A stretch of DNA of 64,000 nucleotides from Scyliorhinus canicula (lineage: Eukaryota). The position numbers and the translations under genes are program-made. Location: the NCBI RefSeq assembly GCF_902713615.1, contig NC_052157.1, forward strand, positions 14,618,566 to 14,682,565, given 5' to 3'. Of the stretch, positions 23,253 through 34,167 are shown in pieces. The notes beneath the pieces were generated by a model. That model saw nothing but the letters and a program-made list of their open reading frames with translations. It had not been told where the DNA came from and ran no database searches. How positions within the stretch are numbered: the first letter of the stretch is position 1; every line of letters begins with the position of its first letter.

Positions 23253-23274
23253 GTGTGTTTCCATAGCTAGTAAT

Positions 23275-23520
23275 TCCCAGGATAGGTCGCTAATCTGTCG
23301 CCAGGTGCCGATAGCATTAGGGGCACAATTTCACATCAAGCATATTTCCTGCTCTTACCAGCACTAATTGGCGTATTTGGAAGGATTTGTAGGTTGACAC
23401 TCTCAACCTGTTTAACCATGTTATGAACGCACCTTCCTTGGACGTCCGGTCCTGAGATGGGACTCGTACCCGGAGCTGCTGACTCAGAGGCAGGGACGCT
23501 ACCCACTGCACAACATGACC
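23275..23520 (-). mobile_element. tRNA-derived SINE, different body
   Basis: Reverse head gtgcagtgggtagcgtccctgcctctgagtcagcagctccgggtacgagtccc (A and B boxes). Confidence 0.65.
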
Positions 23521-23983
23521 TACGTAGTTTTATACAAATCTTTAAAATGTCGATACCATATTTCAGCTCTCAACTTCTAGTGGCTCCGATGGAGTCTGTT
23601 TACTTTGATCTGAGTCAACGCCCAGACGTAACCAATCAAGCACCGTGAGCACGGATCAGCTCCCAGACTCAAATAATCAATCACAGAACAATCGAAAATG
23701 TCAGTCCTGATCTCAGTTACTTTGCCACTACACATGCGCCGGCGGACAGGACAGAAGGGCAGGTTATGACACTGTCTACGAGTTCCACAACAAGAAGAAG
23801 CCACGGCTTTCTGGAAAAGAATTCCAGAGGCAAAGGAAAGAGTGTGAAATTTCCCTGGAAGGGGAGGCAATGCTCCAGGCAGGAGATAAAAGGGTATGAA
23901 TCCTCCTTTACAAGGCTTTGGGGAGGGCTTCTTTCCTGGGCAAATTTATAAACTGATGCAGAATGTCAGGTCCAAGTGCCTCA

Positions 23984-24075
23984 GGCCGTGGCGCAGCGGA
24001 TAGAGCACCGGCCTCTGACCGAAGATTCCGGGTTCGAATCCCACCCCCGGACCCATGAGGTGCATTCAAAATGTA
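23984..24075 (+). mobile_element. tRNA-like head of a DeuSINE-type SINE
   Basis: GTGGCGCAGCGGATAG A box, GGTTCGAATCC B box, gcctctga..gaagattccgg; no acceptor stem. Confidence 0.55.
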
Positions 24076-24125
24076 GAATGTCAGGACACAGCTGGGCTGC
24101 TCCTGTCTTCCAGCTATAAGTGTGA

Positions 24126-24306
24126 TGTGGAGATGCTGGCGTTGGACTGGGGTGAGCACAGTAAGAAGCCTTACAACACCAGGTTAAAGTCCAACAGGTT
24201 TGTTTCAAACACTAGCTTTCGGAGCACTGCTCCTTCCTCAGGTGAAATGAAGTGTTTGAAACAAACATGTTGGACTTTAACCTGGTGTTGTAAGACTTCT
24301 TACTGT
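24126..24306. mobile_element. Penelope-derived palindromic mini-element, 13-bp TSD
   Basis: Inverted arms with a one-sided ~30-nt extension; TSD GCTATAAGTGTGA (24113-24125, 24307-24319). Confidence 0.88.
24208..24245 (-). ncRNA. Minimal hammerhead ribozyme-like motif
   Basis: Minus strand cac-CTGAGGA-A-GGAGC agt GCTCC-GAAA-GC-TA-gtg: core, stem II, AGCU stem III, 3-bp stem I. Confidence 0.65.
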
Positions 24307-25199
24307 GCTATAAGTGTGACAGTATGGTTTTGCATTAATTATACAGATTACGTAACATAAGATAAAACATTTGAAAGCTTACTGTCAGTGATATTATTGG
24401 ACAATGACTTAATGAATTTGTGTGAGATTTCTCGCTCTGCTACTTAAGTTAATTCATTTGAATGCATTAATGACTTTATTAAAAGATGAGACAGGATGTT
24501 GAGCAAAGAAATGTGATGGATATCTTACATTTATTTAAGTGCACACCATCTGAATCCCCAGAGAGCCAGTTTCTCAAAAGCAAACCAACAGTAACTTGAA
24601 TCTGCAGAAAGAACGAACGGAACAGTCAGATATGGAGGGGATTTTGCCGCTTGTGGTATTTCCAAGCACCTCCTGCCCTTGCCCTTCCAATCCTGGATGA
24701 TGTTACATGCTCAACCCTGACTGTTCTGCACTGACATTCCTCAGCATTGGCATATTTACATATCCACTTTAAACTCCTCAGAGGTAACACCACGACGCCC
24801 ATGAATCCATCTTTGATACATTGCCAATGTGGCTTCGGGGTCGATTCAAATTGAAAAGCATTCTGTTGTATGGAGCCATTCCAGAACTTTCTAACAATGA
24901 AGTGAAGGCATTGACTGCAAGACCAGCAGAGCAAACTTAAAGCTGAGCAAAAAAGCAGTCCATCAACAAAATGACAGGAGTGACGATGGCGATGTTGGCA
25001 TCCCAATGGATTCAGGGACAAAATGAGTAACATCATTTGTTTTCAGGGTCAGGAGAGACAGAGAGGTGGCAGAATGGAAAATATCCCCGCAGGATGGCTG
25101 CTTTTCGTTTCTGGTTTTAAGGGACGGTTCTTTACATCTTTTCCTTCTTTGTTCTTGTGTCCCCAGGGACGCAAAGGTAAGTAAAGGCCCTGGGGGAAA

Positions 25200-25690
25200 T
25201 TGGTCAAGCCCAGGCAGGGCACTGTCCCCTGGCACAGTTTGGCACTGTGCCAACCTGGGAGTGTCAATCTAGCAGTGTTGACCTCTGCCAAGGTACAGTG
25301 CTGGGTCAGGCCGCCTCTGATCCATATTGGGGGGGATGTTTCCCATTACATGTGTTGGGGGAGAGGTGCGCCGAGGACATTGAGGTGGGAACTTGCAGGC
25401 ACGGGGTGGTGGGGGGGAGCGAGCAGTGGGGTGGGAACTTGTAGGCATGGGTGGGGTGGGGTTTACTGAGAGTCGATCTGCAGTTCTGATCGGAGTGCCC
25501 TTCAGAGATGGCGCCACGAACGAAGACTGGCTTCATCAGCCCCGCCCCGCCAGAGATGATGCTCACTCATTTTTTTTAACTCAGGGAGGTTTACGATCTG
25601 GAGTGAAAACTTGTCTGTGCAGCCGGAGAGCTACATGTCGGGTTTCAGTCTGAGCCCAGCACTCTGAAAAAATCTGGTGAGAACCCGCCC
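25200..25690. mobile_element. Old GC-rich Harbinger-like MITE remnant
   Basis: Right end ggtgagaacccgccc resembles the MITE TIR; left end unclear. Confidence 0.45.
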
Positions 25691-25867
25691 ACTATTACCC
25701 TTCTCCCGTCATGATTTAATTCCACTGAAGAAATATCAGGATTCCATAGTGGATGAAAGCCAAGAGAAAATTCTAGAATAACCATCTTCTAGCTTTGATA
25801 AAATTCTGTAAAGTAGAATGATTACACGTGAGCTACATAGCTTCTGAAGCAGAAAATAAATTTAAAG

Positions 25868-26153
25868 TTATAATACTCTTTATTGTCACAAGTAGGCTTA
25901 CATCAACACTGCAATGAAGCTACTGTGAAAATCCCCTAGTCGCCACATTCCGGCATCTGTTCGGGTATACAAAGGGAGAATTCAGAATGTCCAATCCACC
26001 TAACATCACGTCTTTCGGGACTTGTGGGAGGAAACCGGAGCACCCGGAGGAAACCCGCGTAGACACAGGAAAATGTGGAAATTCCACACAGACAGTGACC
26101 CAAGCCGGGAATCGAACCTGGAACCCTGGCACTGTGAAGTAACAGTGCTAACC
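25868..26153 (-). mobile_element. HE1-core SINE with alternative tail
   Basis: V-domain plus tail ...ggaatgtggcgactaggggattttcacag...gcctacttgtgacaataaag. Confidence 0.92.
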
Positions 26154-26570
26154 TAATACAATAATCTTCTGTCCGTACTTCGATGTGTTCTTACTCCAAG
26201 AATGTGTTAAACTGAAATAGGCTCAGTAGTGCCTCATTTGATGAAATAAAGAATTCAGGAGGAACTTCTGAGAGTGTTTAAGATGTAGAAATTGCTACTT
26301 TATTGAGTGAAACAATAGCTTACATCCATTTTTTGAAAATCAATTTCTGGGATGTGGGCGTTGGCTGGGACAGCACTTATTGCCCATCCCTAATTGCCCT
26401 TTAAGAGGAAGCTAGAGCTGTGCAGGAGGCAGGCAGCGATATATTGAGAATGAAGTGAGGTGGGAAGAAACTTGTGGGGGTCATGAACAGCACTCCTGAC
26501 TAGATGGGCCCAATGGCCGATGTCTGTGCTGTAAATCCCTTGCACCTACCCAGTTCCTAATCCTCATTGA

Positions 26571-26748
26571 GGCTGTTTAGCACAGGGCAAAATCGCTGGC
26601 TTTGAAAGCAGACTTAGTCAGGCCAGCAGTACGGTTCAATCCCCGTAACAGCCTCCCCGAACAGGTGCTGGAATGTGGCGACTAGGGGCTTTTCACAGTG
26701 ACTTCATTTGAAGCCTACTTGTGACAATAAGCGATTTTCATTTCATTT
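26571..26748 (+). mobile_element. Short tRNA-derived SINE, (TTTCA)n tail
   Basis: Family of 13443, 53942, 57853. Confidence 0.9.
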
Positions 26749-27040
26749 GCTAATCTCAGCCAGGGAGGAGGTGGTAGGCTTAGAGGTGGAGGTGATGGGG
26801 CGGTGGAGAGGGTGATAATTTTAGAGGACGTTCGAGCGACATTGGAGGGGAAAGACCAGGCAGGAGTTACTGTTCCTCAATGACATTCAATAATCCCTGC
26901 TGGTAAGTCCAGGTACAGAGAGGACAAGGCTCAATTGGTGATCAAACAGCCAATAGTCGCTATGCTGGCTTACATGCGAAGGTTCTGCAGGCCCCCTATT
27001 AAGAAGAGTTGGTGCCTCCTGGAGAAGGGGAATGGAAACA
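26749..27040 (+). mobile_element. Ancient LF-SINE-like remnant
   Basis: gctaatctcagccaggg, ggaggggaaa, gaggacaaggctc, aaacagcc...ggcttacatgcgaag recall the LF-SINE consensus (from memory). Confidence 0.35.
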
Positions 27041-27299
27041 CAACACCTAACTTGATAATGGGTAAGTTTTATTTTCACTGCTTTATTGAATGTGCTTTAA
27101 TAAGAAGCAGAAGTGTGCTTGGGTGTTCAGCTGCCAAGCGTAACAGTAACTTCTGCTGAAGCAATTCACAGAGCCAGGACATAAAATAATGAATAAAACA
27201 TTTACATCAGAACATTGCGACTGGAGGATTGAATTCAACAAAACAATAGGGTTTTTTTTGGCTCCACTCTCCATCAAGTTGTTTCTTTTGTCCTCAAGG

Positions 27300-27460
27300 T
27301 ACTGCATTGTGCTGCGGCACTGACATCAATTACTCTCCAGTGCCTCACTCAAGTAGTCAGTGTTTCTGTGAGAGTCTGATTGGTAGGTTTAGGCAATGAA
27401 ATTTGGAGTGTCGTTTAACTTCAGAGGGCATCACAGCCAAGCTTCATCCTTGCCTTTGAT
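27300..27460 (-). mobile_element. Ancient LF-SINE-like remnant
   Basis: gcctcactcaagtagtc...gagggcatcacagccaagc...atcct, reverse of LF-SINE-like motifs (from memory). Confidence 0.35.
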
Positions 27461-27808
27461 TGAAGCTCTCCCCTCATACCTATCTAATTGGCTTTGTTTA
27501 AGTTAAAAATTCTTGTTTGTGAATGGAGTATGACACTTTCAAACTTAATGTGGAATTCAGTTGTATTATGATCACTATTTCCCAGAATTTTTATGATGAC
27601 AGTGCTAATTAACCTTGCCTCATTGAACAATACTAGATCTCAACTAACTTTATCCCTAGTTGGTCCACAACATATTGCTCGAAGAAACTGTCATAAAAGC
27701 ATTCTACAAAATCATCTTCCAGACCCCTTTGCCAATAGAATTGGCCCAGTATATAACACTGCTTTTGTTAAAAGCTCCAATAATATATTGTTTAATACTC
27801 TATTCAAT

Positions 27809-28116
27809 GGGGTAGCACGGTAGCCCAAGTGGATAGCACTGCGGCTTCACAGCGCCAGGGTCCCAGGTTTGATTCCCCGCTGGGTCACCTCCTCCCAGTG
27901 TCTGCGTGGGTTTCCACCGGGTGCTCCGGTTTCCTCCCACAGTCCAAAGACGTGCAGGTTAGGTGGATTGGCCATGATAAATTGTCTTTAGTGTCCAAAA
28001 AGGTTAGGAGGGGTTATTGGGTTACGGGGATAGGGTTGAAGTGAGGGCTTAAGTGGGTCGGTGCAGACTCGATAGGCTGAATCGCTTCCTTCTGCACTGT
28101 ATGTTCTATGTTCTAT
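27809..28116 (+). mobile_element. HE1 V-SINE with internal deletion
   Basis: Head and tail intact; ~25 nt missing after gggtcac. Confidence 0.94.
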
Positions 28117-28126
28117 CTCTATTGTG

Positions 28127-28320
28127 TGGAGATGCCGGCGTTGGACTGGGGTGAGCACAGTAAGAAGTCTTACAACACCAGGTTAAAGTCAAACAGGTTT
28201 GTTTCAAACACGAGCTTTCGGAGCACGGCTCCTTCATCTGAAGAAGGAGCCGTGCTCCGAAAGCTCGTGTTTGAAACAAACCTGTTGGACTTTAACCTGG
28301 TGTTGTAAGACTTCTTACTG
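28127..28320. mobile_element. Penelope-derived palindromic mini-element, 13-bp TSD
   Basis: ~78-bp near-perfect inverted arms; TSD TATCTCTATTGTG (28114-28126, 28321-28333). Confidence 0.9.
28235..28269 (+). ncRNA. Minimal hammerhead ribozyme-like motif
   Basis: cat-CTGAAGA-A-GGAGC cgt GCTCC-GAAA-GC-TC-gtg. Confidence 0.65.
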
Positions 28321-28709
28321 TATCTCTATTGTGACACTAATTCATCTTATCTTATTGAAGAGGCTCCACACATTCAGATAAAATGACTTCAATTTTATTA
28401 TTTTTGATCACTATTCCTTGTGTAACGTTACTCTCTGACACATTATAGCCATTAAACTCTCTGTCCCCTCTTGTCCCAATCAGCTTCTCTTCACCCATCT
28501 CAAAATATTTTACTATGACCTCAATCTTTGGATTTCTAAATCTCGCTTCACCCAAATCCTCCTCCACATCTCTTTGCTGGAAGCCATTCTTCACAACACT
28601 AACCATATTGGTGCAATCTTATCTTTGTCCACTCCGCCCCTTCCTGTCAACGACTCGTTATCAGGACCCGTATCGCTGCCCTAAACTATTGCCTTGTCCT
28701 TTCTATTTA

Positions 28710-30346
28710 AACACACGACTGCATGGCAAATTTTGGTTCCAACTCCATCTACAGGTTTGCTGACTACAAGGCCATAACGGGTCTGAATAACGATGAGTCA
28801 GAATACAGGAGGGAGATAGAGAACCTAGTGGAGTGGTGCAGCGACAACAATCTCTCCCTCAGTGCCAGCAAAACTAAAGAGGTGGTCATTGACTTCAGGA
28901 AGCAAAGTACTGTACACATCCCAGTCTGCATCAATGGTGCCGTGGTGGAGATGGCTGACAGCTTCAAACTCCTGGGGATGCACACCACCAAAAATCTGTC
29001 CTGGTCCACCCACGTCGACGCTGCCACCAAGAAAGCACAACAGCGTCTCTACTTCCTCAGGAACCTAAGGACGTTCAGCATGTCCATATTAACTCTTACC
29101 AACTTTTACAGATTCACCATAGGAAGCATCCTATCTGGCTGCATCTCAGCCTGGTATGGCAACTGCTCGGCCCAGGACCGCGACAAACTTCAGAGTCGTG
29201 AACACAGCCCAGTCCATCACACAAACCTGCCTCCCATCCATTGACTCTGTCTACACCTCCCGCTGCCTGGGGAAAGCGGGCAGCATAATCAAAGACCCAT
29301 CCCACCCGGCTTACTCACTCTTCCAACTTCTTCCATCAGGCAGGAGATACAAAAGTCTGAGAACATGCACAAACAGACTCAAAAACAGCTTCTTCCCCAC
29401 TGTTCCCAGACTTCGAAACAACCCTCTTATGGACTGAGCTGATTAATACTACACTCCTGTATGCATCACCCGATGCCGGTATCTATGGGCGGGATTCTTC
29501 GATCCCACGCCGGGTCGGAGAATCCCCGGGAGGCGGCGTGAATCCTGCCCCACCACTCTGACGCCGGCTGCCGTATTCTCCGGCGCCGGTTTTCGGGTGG
29601 GGGCGGGGATCATGCCATCCGGTCGGGGGCTGTTGGTAGTGGCCCCCCCGGCAAATCTCTGGGCCCCAATGGGCCAAGCAGCCGTCGATTTCTGGCCAGT
29701 CCCACCGGCGTGGATTGGACATGGTCCCACATGGCGGGACCTGGCTGGTAGGCCGGCTGGTGTGGTCCTCGGGGGGGGGGCACAGGGGGATCCGGCCCGG
29801 GGGGGGGGGGGGGGGGGGGGCTATGGTGGCTTGGCCTGCGATCGAGGCCCGCCGATCTGCGGGCAGGCCTGTGGCTTGGGGGCACTCCTTCCTTCCGCGC
29901 CACCCTGTAGGGCTCTGCCATGGCTGGCGCGGAGAGGATACCCCCCTGCGCATGCGGCAGAATACGTCGGCAGGTCTGCGCATGCGATAAAACACTCCGG
30001 CGGTTCTGCGCATGCGCTAATTCGGCGCTTCGGCGCCGGCTGGCATGGCGGCAACCCCTCCGCCGCCGGCCTAGCCCCTGGAATGCGGAGAATTCCGTAA
30101 CTTCCAGTTGGTCCGAAGCCGGATTGGTTCGCACCGTTCGTGGCGCTGATGTCGAGCCAATTCGCCGATTGTGGTGAGTCCCGCCCTATGCATTTACATT
30201 GTGGACCTTGTGTTGCCCTATTACGTATTTTATTTTTATTTCATTTTCTTTCTCATGTACTAAATGATCTGTTTGAGCTGCTCGCAGAAAAATACTTTTC
30301 ACTGTACCTCGGTACACTTGATAATAAACAAATCCAATCCAATCCA
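28710..30346 (+). mobile_element. Rex1/Babar LINE 3' part, interrupted by MITE 29487-30186
   Basis: RFADY (decayed FADD), TKEVVIDFRK, KKAQQRLYFLR, LLPSGRRY, RLKNSFFP; AATAAA and (ATCCA)n tail. Confidence 0.92.
29487..30186. mobile_element. GC-rich PIF/Harbinger-like MITE, 700 bp, TSD TAT
   Basis: GGGCGGGATTC / GAGTCCCGCCC; TAT at 29484-86 and 30187-89; removing it rejoins the LINE 3' UTR. Confidence 0.9.
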
Positions 30347-30721
30347 TAATTTCAAATCTCCCCTCACATGACTTCTCACTAATTGGATGTAGGGCACAGG
30401 AAATGGGCGCGGATAATCACCATACCTTCCGGAAGGGGCCTGGGCTCAGGCTGCATTGTCCCTCTCTCAAGTATCTACCTAACACCACGGGGGTGGTGAG
30501 TGAGTGCTCTCTGCCATCGGGGTCAACTTGCAGCTTTTGCTTTGTCGGCAGCACCATTCCTCTATACAGACAGCGGATTGCCGTATCCACAGGCTGCACA
30601 GCATATCCCAACTCTGAAACCCAGCCACCATTCCTGATGTGACAGATTGGCTATCTGCGTGAGCATCTACTCAACAGGTGCACCAATGCTGGTGCACTAC
30701 CCTCTCCCAGGATTTGAGCAG

Positions 30722-31188
30722 TGTGGTGATATGCATCACTGTAAATACACACGGGGTTAATGTCAATACACTGCAACTAAGTAAATACTAGAGGGAGCAC
30801 CAGAGACGTCATGACATGCAGACATACAGCTAATGAACACACAGAATAGGACATGACCAATGGGCAGTCAAGACACCCAGAGGTGACACGACCAAAAGAG
30901 GGCAACCCATATAAAAGGACAGGGCACACATGCTCTTTCTCTTTCCACAGGCAATACTCATAGAGACAGGGGCAGATCAGGAAGCATCACACCCACCGCA
31001 TGGCTTAGAGCAGACTGGTTAGTTAGACTGAGTTACTATAGCAAGATTAGCAGGAGAGTCAAACTCAAATAGGAGAATTGTTACCTGTTCAATAAATGTG
31101 TTAAACCTATCTCCAAGTTTGAACCTTCCTTTGTCAGTGCATACATCAAGGAAGCAGCTTATGCTCCATGAAGAAGCAGAACACAACA
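30722..31188 (+). mobile_element. Solo LTR (Gypsy type)
   Basis: TGTGG...CAACA; TSD AGCAG/ACCAG (1 mismatch); CCAAT, TATAAAA, AATAAA at 31091. Confidence 0.88.
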
Positions 31189-31420
31189 ACCAGTACCCCT
31201 AGTTTGTGCAGAGCCATGAGCAGCTCAGGTGATCACAATGCAGTGCATCAGCTGCTTTGGACCAGCACCGATGCAGATGAAGTGGGCACAAAATAGATTG
31301 CATGACCTCCTCCATCTCGTTCTGCATGGGTGCCAGTGGTCACATGTAGCGACACCGACACCCACAACCCCCCACCCAGCCACCCAGCCACCGTCCCAAG
31401 AAAACCATTAAACCCCAGTT

Positions 31421-31658
31421 CCATAGAATCCCCACAGTGCAGAAGGGAGCCCATCGAGTTTACATCGACCCTCTGAAAGAGTACCACTCCTGCGTCCTAT
31501 CCCCGTAACCCCACCTAACCTGCACATCTTTGGACTGTGGGAGGAAAGCGGAGCACCCGGAGGAAACCCACACAGACAGTCATCCAAGGTTGGAATCAAG
31601 CCCCTGTCCCTGATGCTGCGAGGCAGCAGTGCTAACCACTGTGCCACCGCGCCACCCT
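31421..31658 (-). mobile_element. HE1 V-SINE with deletions
   Basis: Reverse head, V-domain and tail. Confidence 0.9.
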
Positions 31659-32038
31659 ATATTGTCCAATTGTAGTGCAAGTTTTAGCCCAATTTGTTTG
31701 AGGAGTTAAATTTAAAACAATCAAACAGTTTGAAACTGTTGAAAGGGAGAAAAATCAGCTTGAATTTCAAAGAAGTGGAGATTGATTAGGCTCCAAAATT
31801 GGGACGTGATTGAAAGGAAAGTAATGCCTCACCATTTACAAAATTTAGTTAGATTATTTACCAAGCCATCAGTGCCTTGGGCCGTATTAGGATCCGGAAA
31901 TGTTCCGGCCTCACAATTATTTACTAAATCTGGGAGAGGAGGCTGGCAGTCAATCCGCTTGCAAGCCCCACGTTCATAAGAATTCCGCCAACTCTAGATC
32001 AGAGTGTCGCCACCGGAGGCGAATGTGAGGTTGGTGTT

Positions 32039-32330
32039 ACAAAGAACGAAGAGAACAAAGAACAAAGTCCAGCACAGGAACAGGCCCTTCGGTCCTCCAA
32101 CCCCGTGCCGATCATAGTGCCCTAATTTAAAAGAAAACCTTCTGCCCTTACTCGGTCCGTAGCCCTCCATTTCCTCCCTAATCATGTATCCATCCAGATG
32201 CATCTTAAATGTTGCTAATGTGCCAGCTTCCATCACATCCTCTGGCAGCGCGTTCCAGGCACCCACCACTCTCTGCGTGAAAAACTTAGCCTGCACATCC
32301 CCCTTAAACTTTCCCCCACTCACCTTGAGC
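32039..32330 (-). mobile_element. CR1 LINE 3' end
   Basis: GGKFKGDVQAKFFTQRVVGAWNALP; (ACAAAGA)n tail. Confidence 0.92.
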
Positions 32331-32650
32331 CTTAAACCTCATTCCATACCTTGGCTCTCGTCCCCTCTGCTTTCTCTGGTGACCAAGACTTGGGACCTGC
32401 TCTGTCCCTCTGCATCTCTGCTTCAGGAGAAATAAGGCAAAACAAAAAGATTTTACGAGTTAGCCCCGCTGCTTGGCACTTTTTCACAGTAACGTCATTG
32501 TAGTGTTAATGTAAGCCTACTTGTGACACCAATAAAGATTATTATTTAAGGATCATTTTTAGCCATGATACTTGTAAAAAAATGATCAAGTTATTGCTTT
32601 AATATTGATTTTTGTTTTGCTGAGTTAGCTTTATGTTTTCTTCGTACCTT

Positions 32651-32859
32651 GGCCGGAGTTCTCTGGCCGGTTGCTGGTGGCTCGATCCTCTGGTCCAGCC
32701 GGCAGCGCACTCCCGTCCGTGGGTTTCCCCAGGGTGTGGGGTGGCTTGAATGGGATCCACCATTGACGGTGGCGGGAGCAGAGAAACCAGCCGCCAGCAA
32801 GTGCGCGCCGCCTCCCGCTGTCGAGAAGCACGCGACTGGGAGGCCGGAGAATCCTGCCC
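32651..32859. mobile_element. Short Harbinger-like MITE (~209 bp)
   Basis: GGCCGGAGTTCTC / GGAGAATCCTGCCC; flanks CTT / ATT. Confidence 0.8.
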
Positions 32860-33019
32860 ATTATCTTTTTTTTAAATTCACGTTTAACATTGGGCCAAAC
32901 CAGATCCCAGGCAGCTTGGGTTTCGTGTTGAAGGGGAATGAGAGACTCACAATTACTCTGATTACTTTTCGGGGGACTGGAAAAAGGGCTAATCTTTGCT
33001 CCAATAGGAGTGGAAAGTG

Positions 33020-33200
33020 TTGAAAATGCTCAGCACATCTGTGCAGAGGGAAAGAAGGTCAGTGGCCCTTCATCTGAATTAGTGCAGATGGTGAACCTGA
33101 TGTGTTAACTCTGTTTCTTCTCCACAACACGCTGGTCTGTTGAGTAATTCCTGCATTTTTTGTTTATATTTCAGATTTCTAACATCTGAAGCACTTTGCT
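33020..33200. mobile_element. Old Penelope-derived remnant
   Basis: catctgtgcagag...gttaactctgtttc...tatttcagatttctaacatctg. Confidence 0.5.
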
Positions 33201-33739
33201 CTCCTATTATGTGTTCCATGCTGTGGATTTGTAAGTGTGATTAGTTTCAATTTAAATAAGGAAATGCTTACTGTTTATTACAAGCTGTAATTTTTCTGTT
33301 AAAGCTCAATTGGACAGATGGAAATAACACGTTATTGCAGATGAATTGGTTTCCTGAAACGTTTTGCCATTTTTAAACTAGGGAGTTGAATCAGAAGTCA
33401 TGCACCGATCAAGTGCGTCACTGTGAGTTCAAGATGTTCTCATTTATACGTGGGATTGTTGTTTGCAGTGCTTGTGAGATTCAAGTCTGCTGGATATTGT
33501 TGACCGGAGGTTGCATTACGCCAATCTCAATGAAGCAGAAATGGTTGCGCAATACAAATGCCTAAGTCGTGTGCAATTGCCTGACAAAGCTGTGATTGTG
33601 AAATCTGAAAGGCAAGGATCCACCTCCCCCCTCTCTCCTTATCCTCACCACGCCGCCGCTGCCTTGCCAGTGGCAAAGGCGGGTTGGGATTGACTGACGG
33701 GTTCAAATGGGCTCACAGTTTTACAAATTGAAAATAGTC

Positions 33740-33970
33740 GAGTGCTTGTCCGGGAATCTAACACATTCTTTTACTATTGCTGAAAAAGAGACATGTCAAA
33801 ACCTTCTCTCTTGTACTCGCAAAAATAGCAGTATAAGGAGAAAATATTTATTTACACTGTATGAGAAGAGAGTGCTGATTGGTTGGCAAGTGTACTCTGA
33901 TTGGTGGCGGCGTTGCTATGGCAAATGCACCAGTTGATAGCGACTGACAATTAACAGCCAAGCCTTGTTT
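33740..33970 (-). mobile_element. Probable Penelope-like 3' remnant
   Basis: gtgctgattggttggcaagtg..ctctgattggt..gttgctatgg motif recalled from shark Penelope-like repeats. Confidence 0.35.
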
Positions 33971-34167
33971 TGTTCACTAAACTGTGGAGAAAAAGGTTTT
34001 ACCAAAGTATCTACTTCAAATAAATGGCTAATCTTCATGTGTAAATGTGTAGACAGCATATATTGACAAACTATTGGGCCACACAAAATTCCATAACTGA
34101 AACCAAGATGTTCCTACTAAACACACGCGCATGTATGCGCACTTTGCGCAAACACAAAAACAAAACG

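Noticed and set aside
23984-24056. Functional tRNA gene
   Set aside because: A and B boxes are present, but there is no acceptor stem, proper anticodon arm or T-run terminator; it matches a SINE head.
24626-25036. 136-aa minus-strand ORF as a host gene
   Set aside because: No domain, no clear splice or promoter context; length is within chance expectation.
29449-30349. Long overlapping ORFs in GC-rich blocks (also 10.4-11.3, 59.3-60.0 and 62.5-63.0 kb)
   Set aside because: Stop-poor GC-rich MITE sequence with low-complexity translations and no domains.
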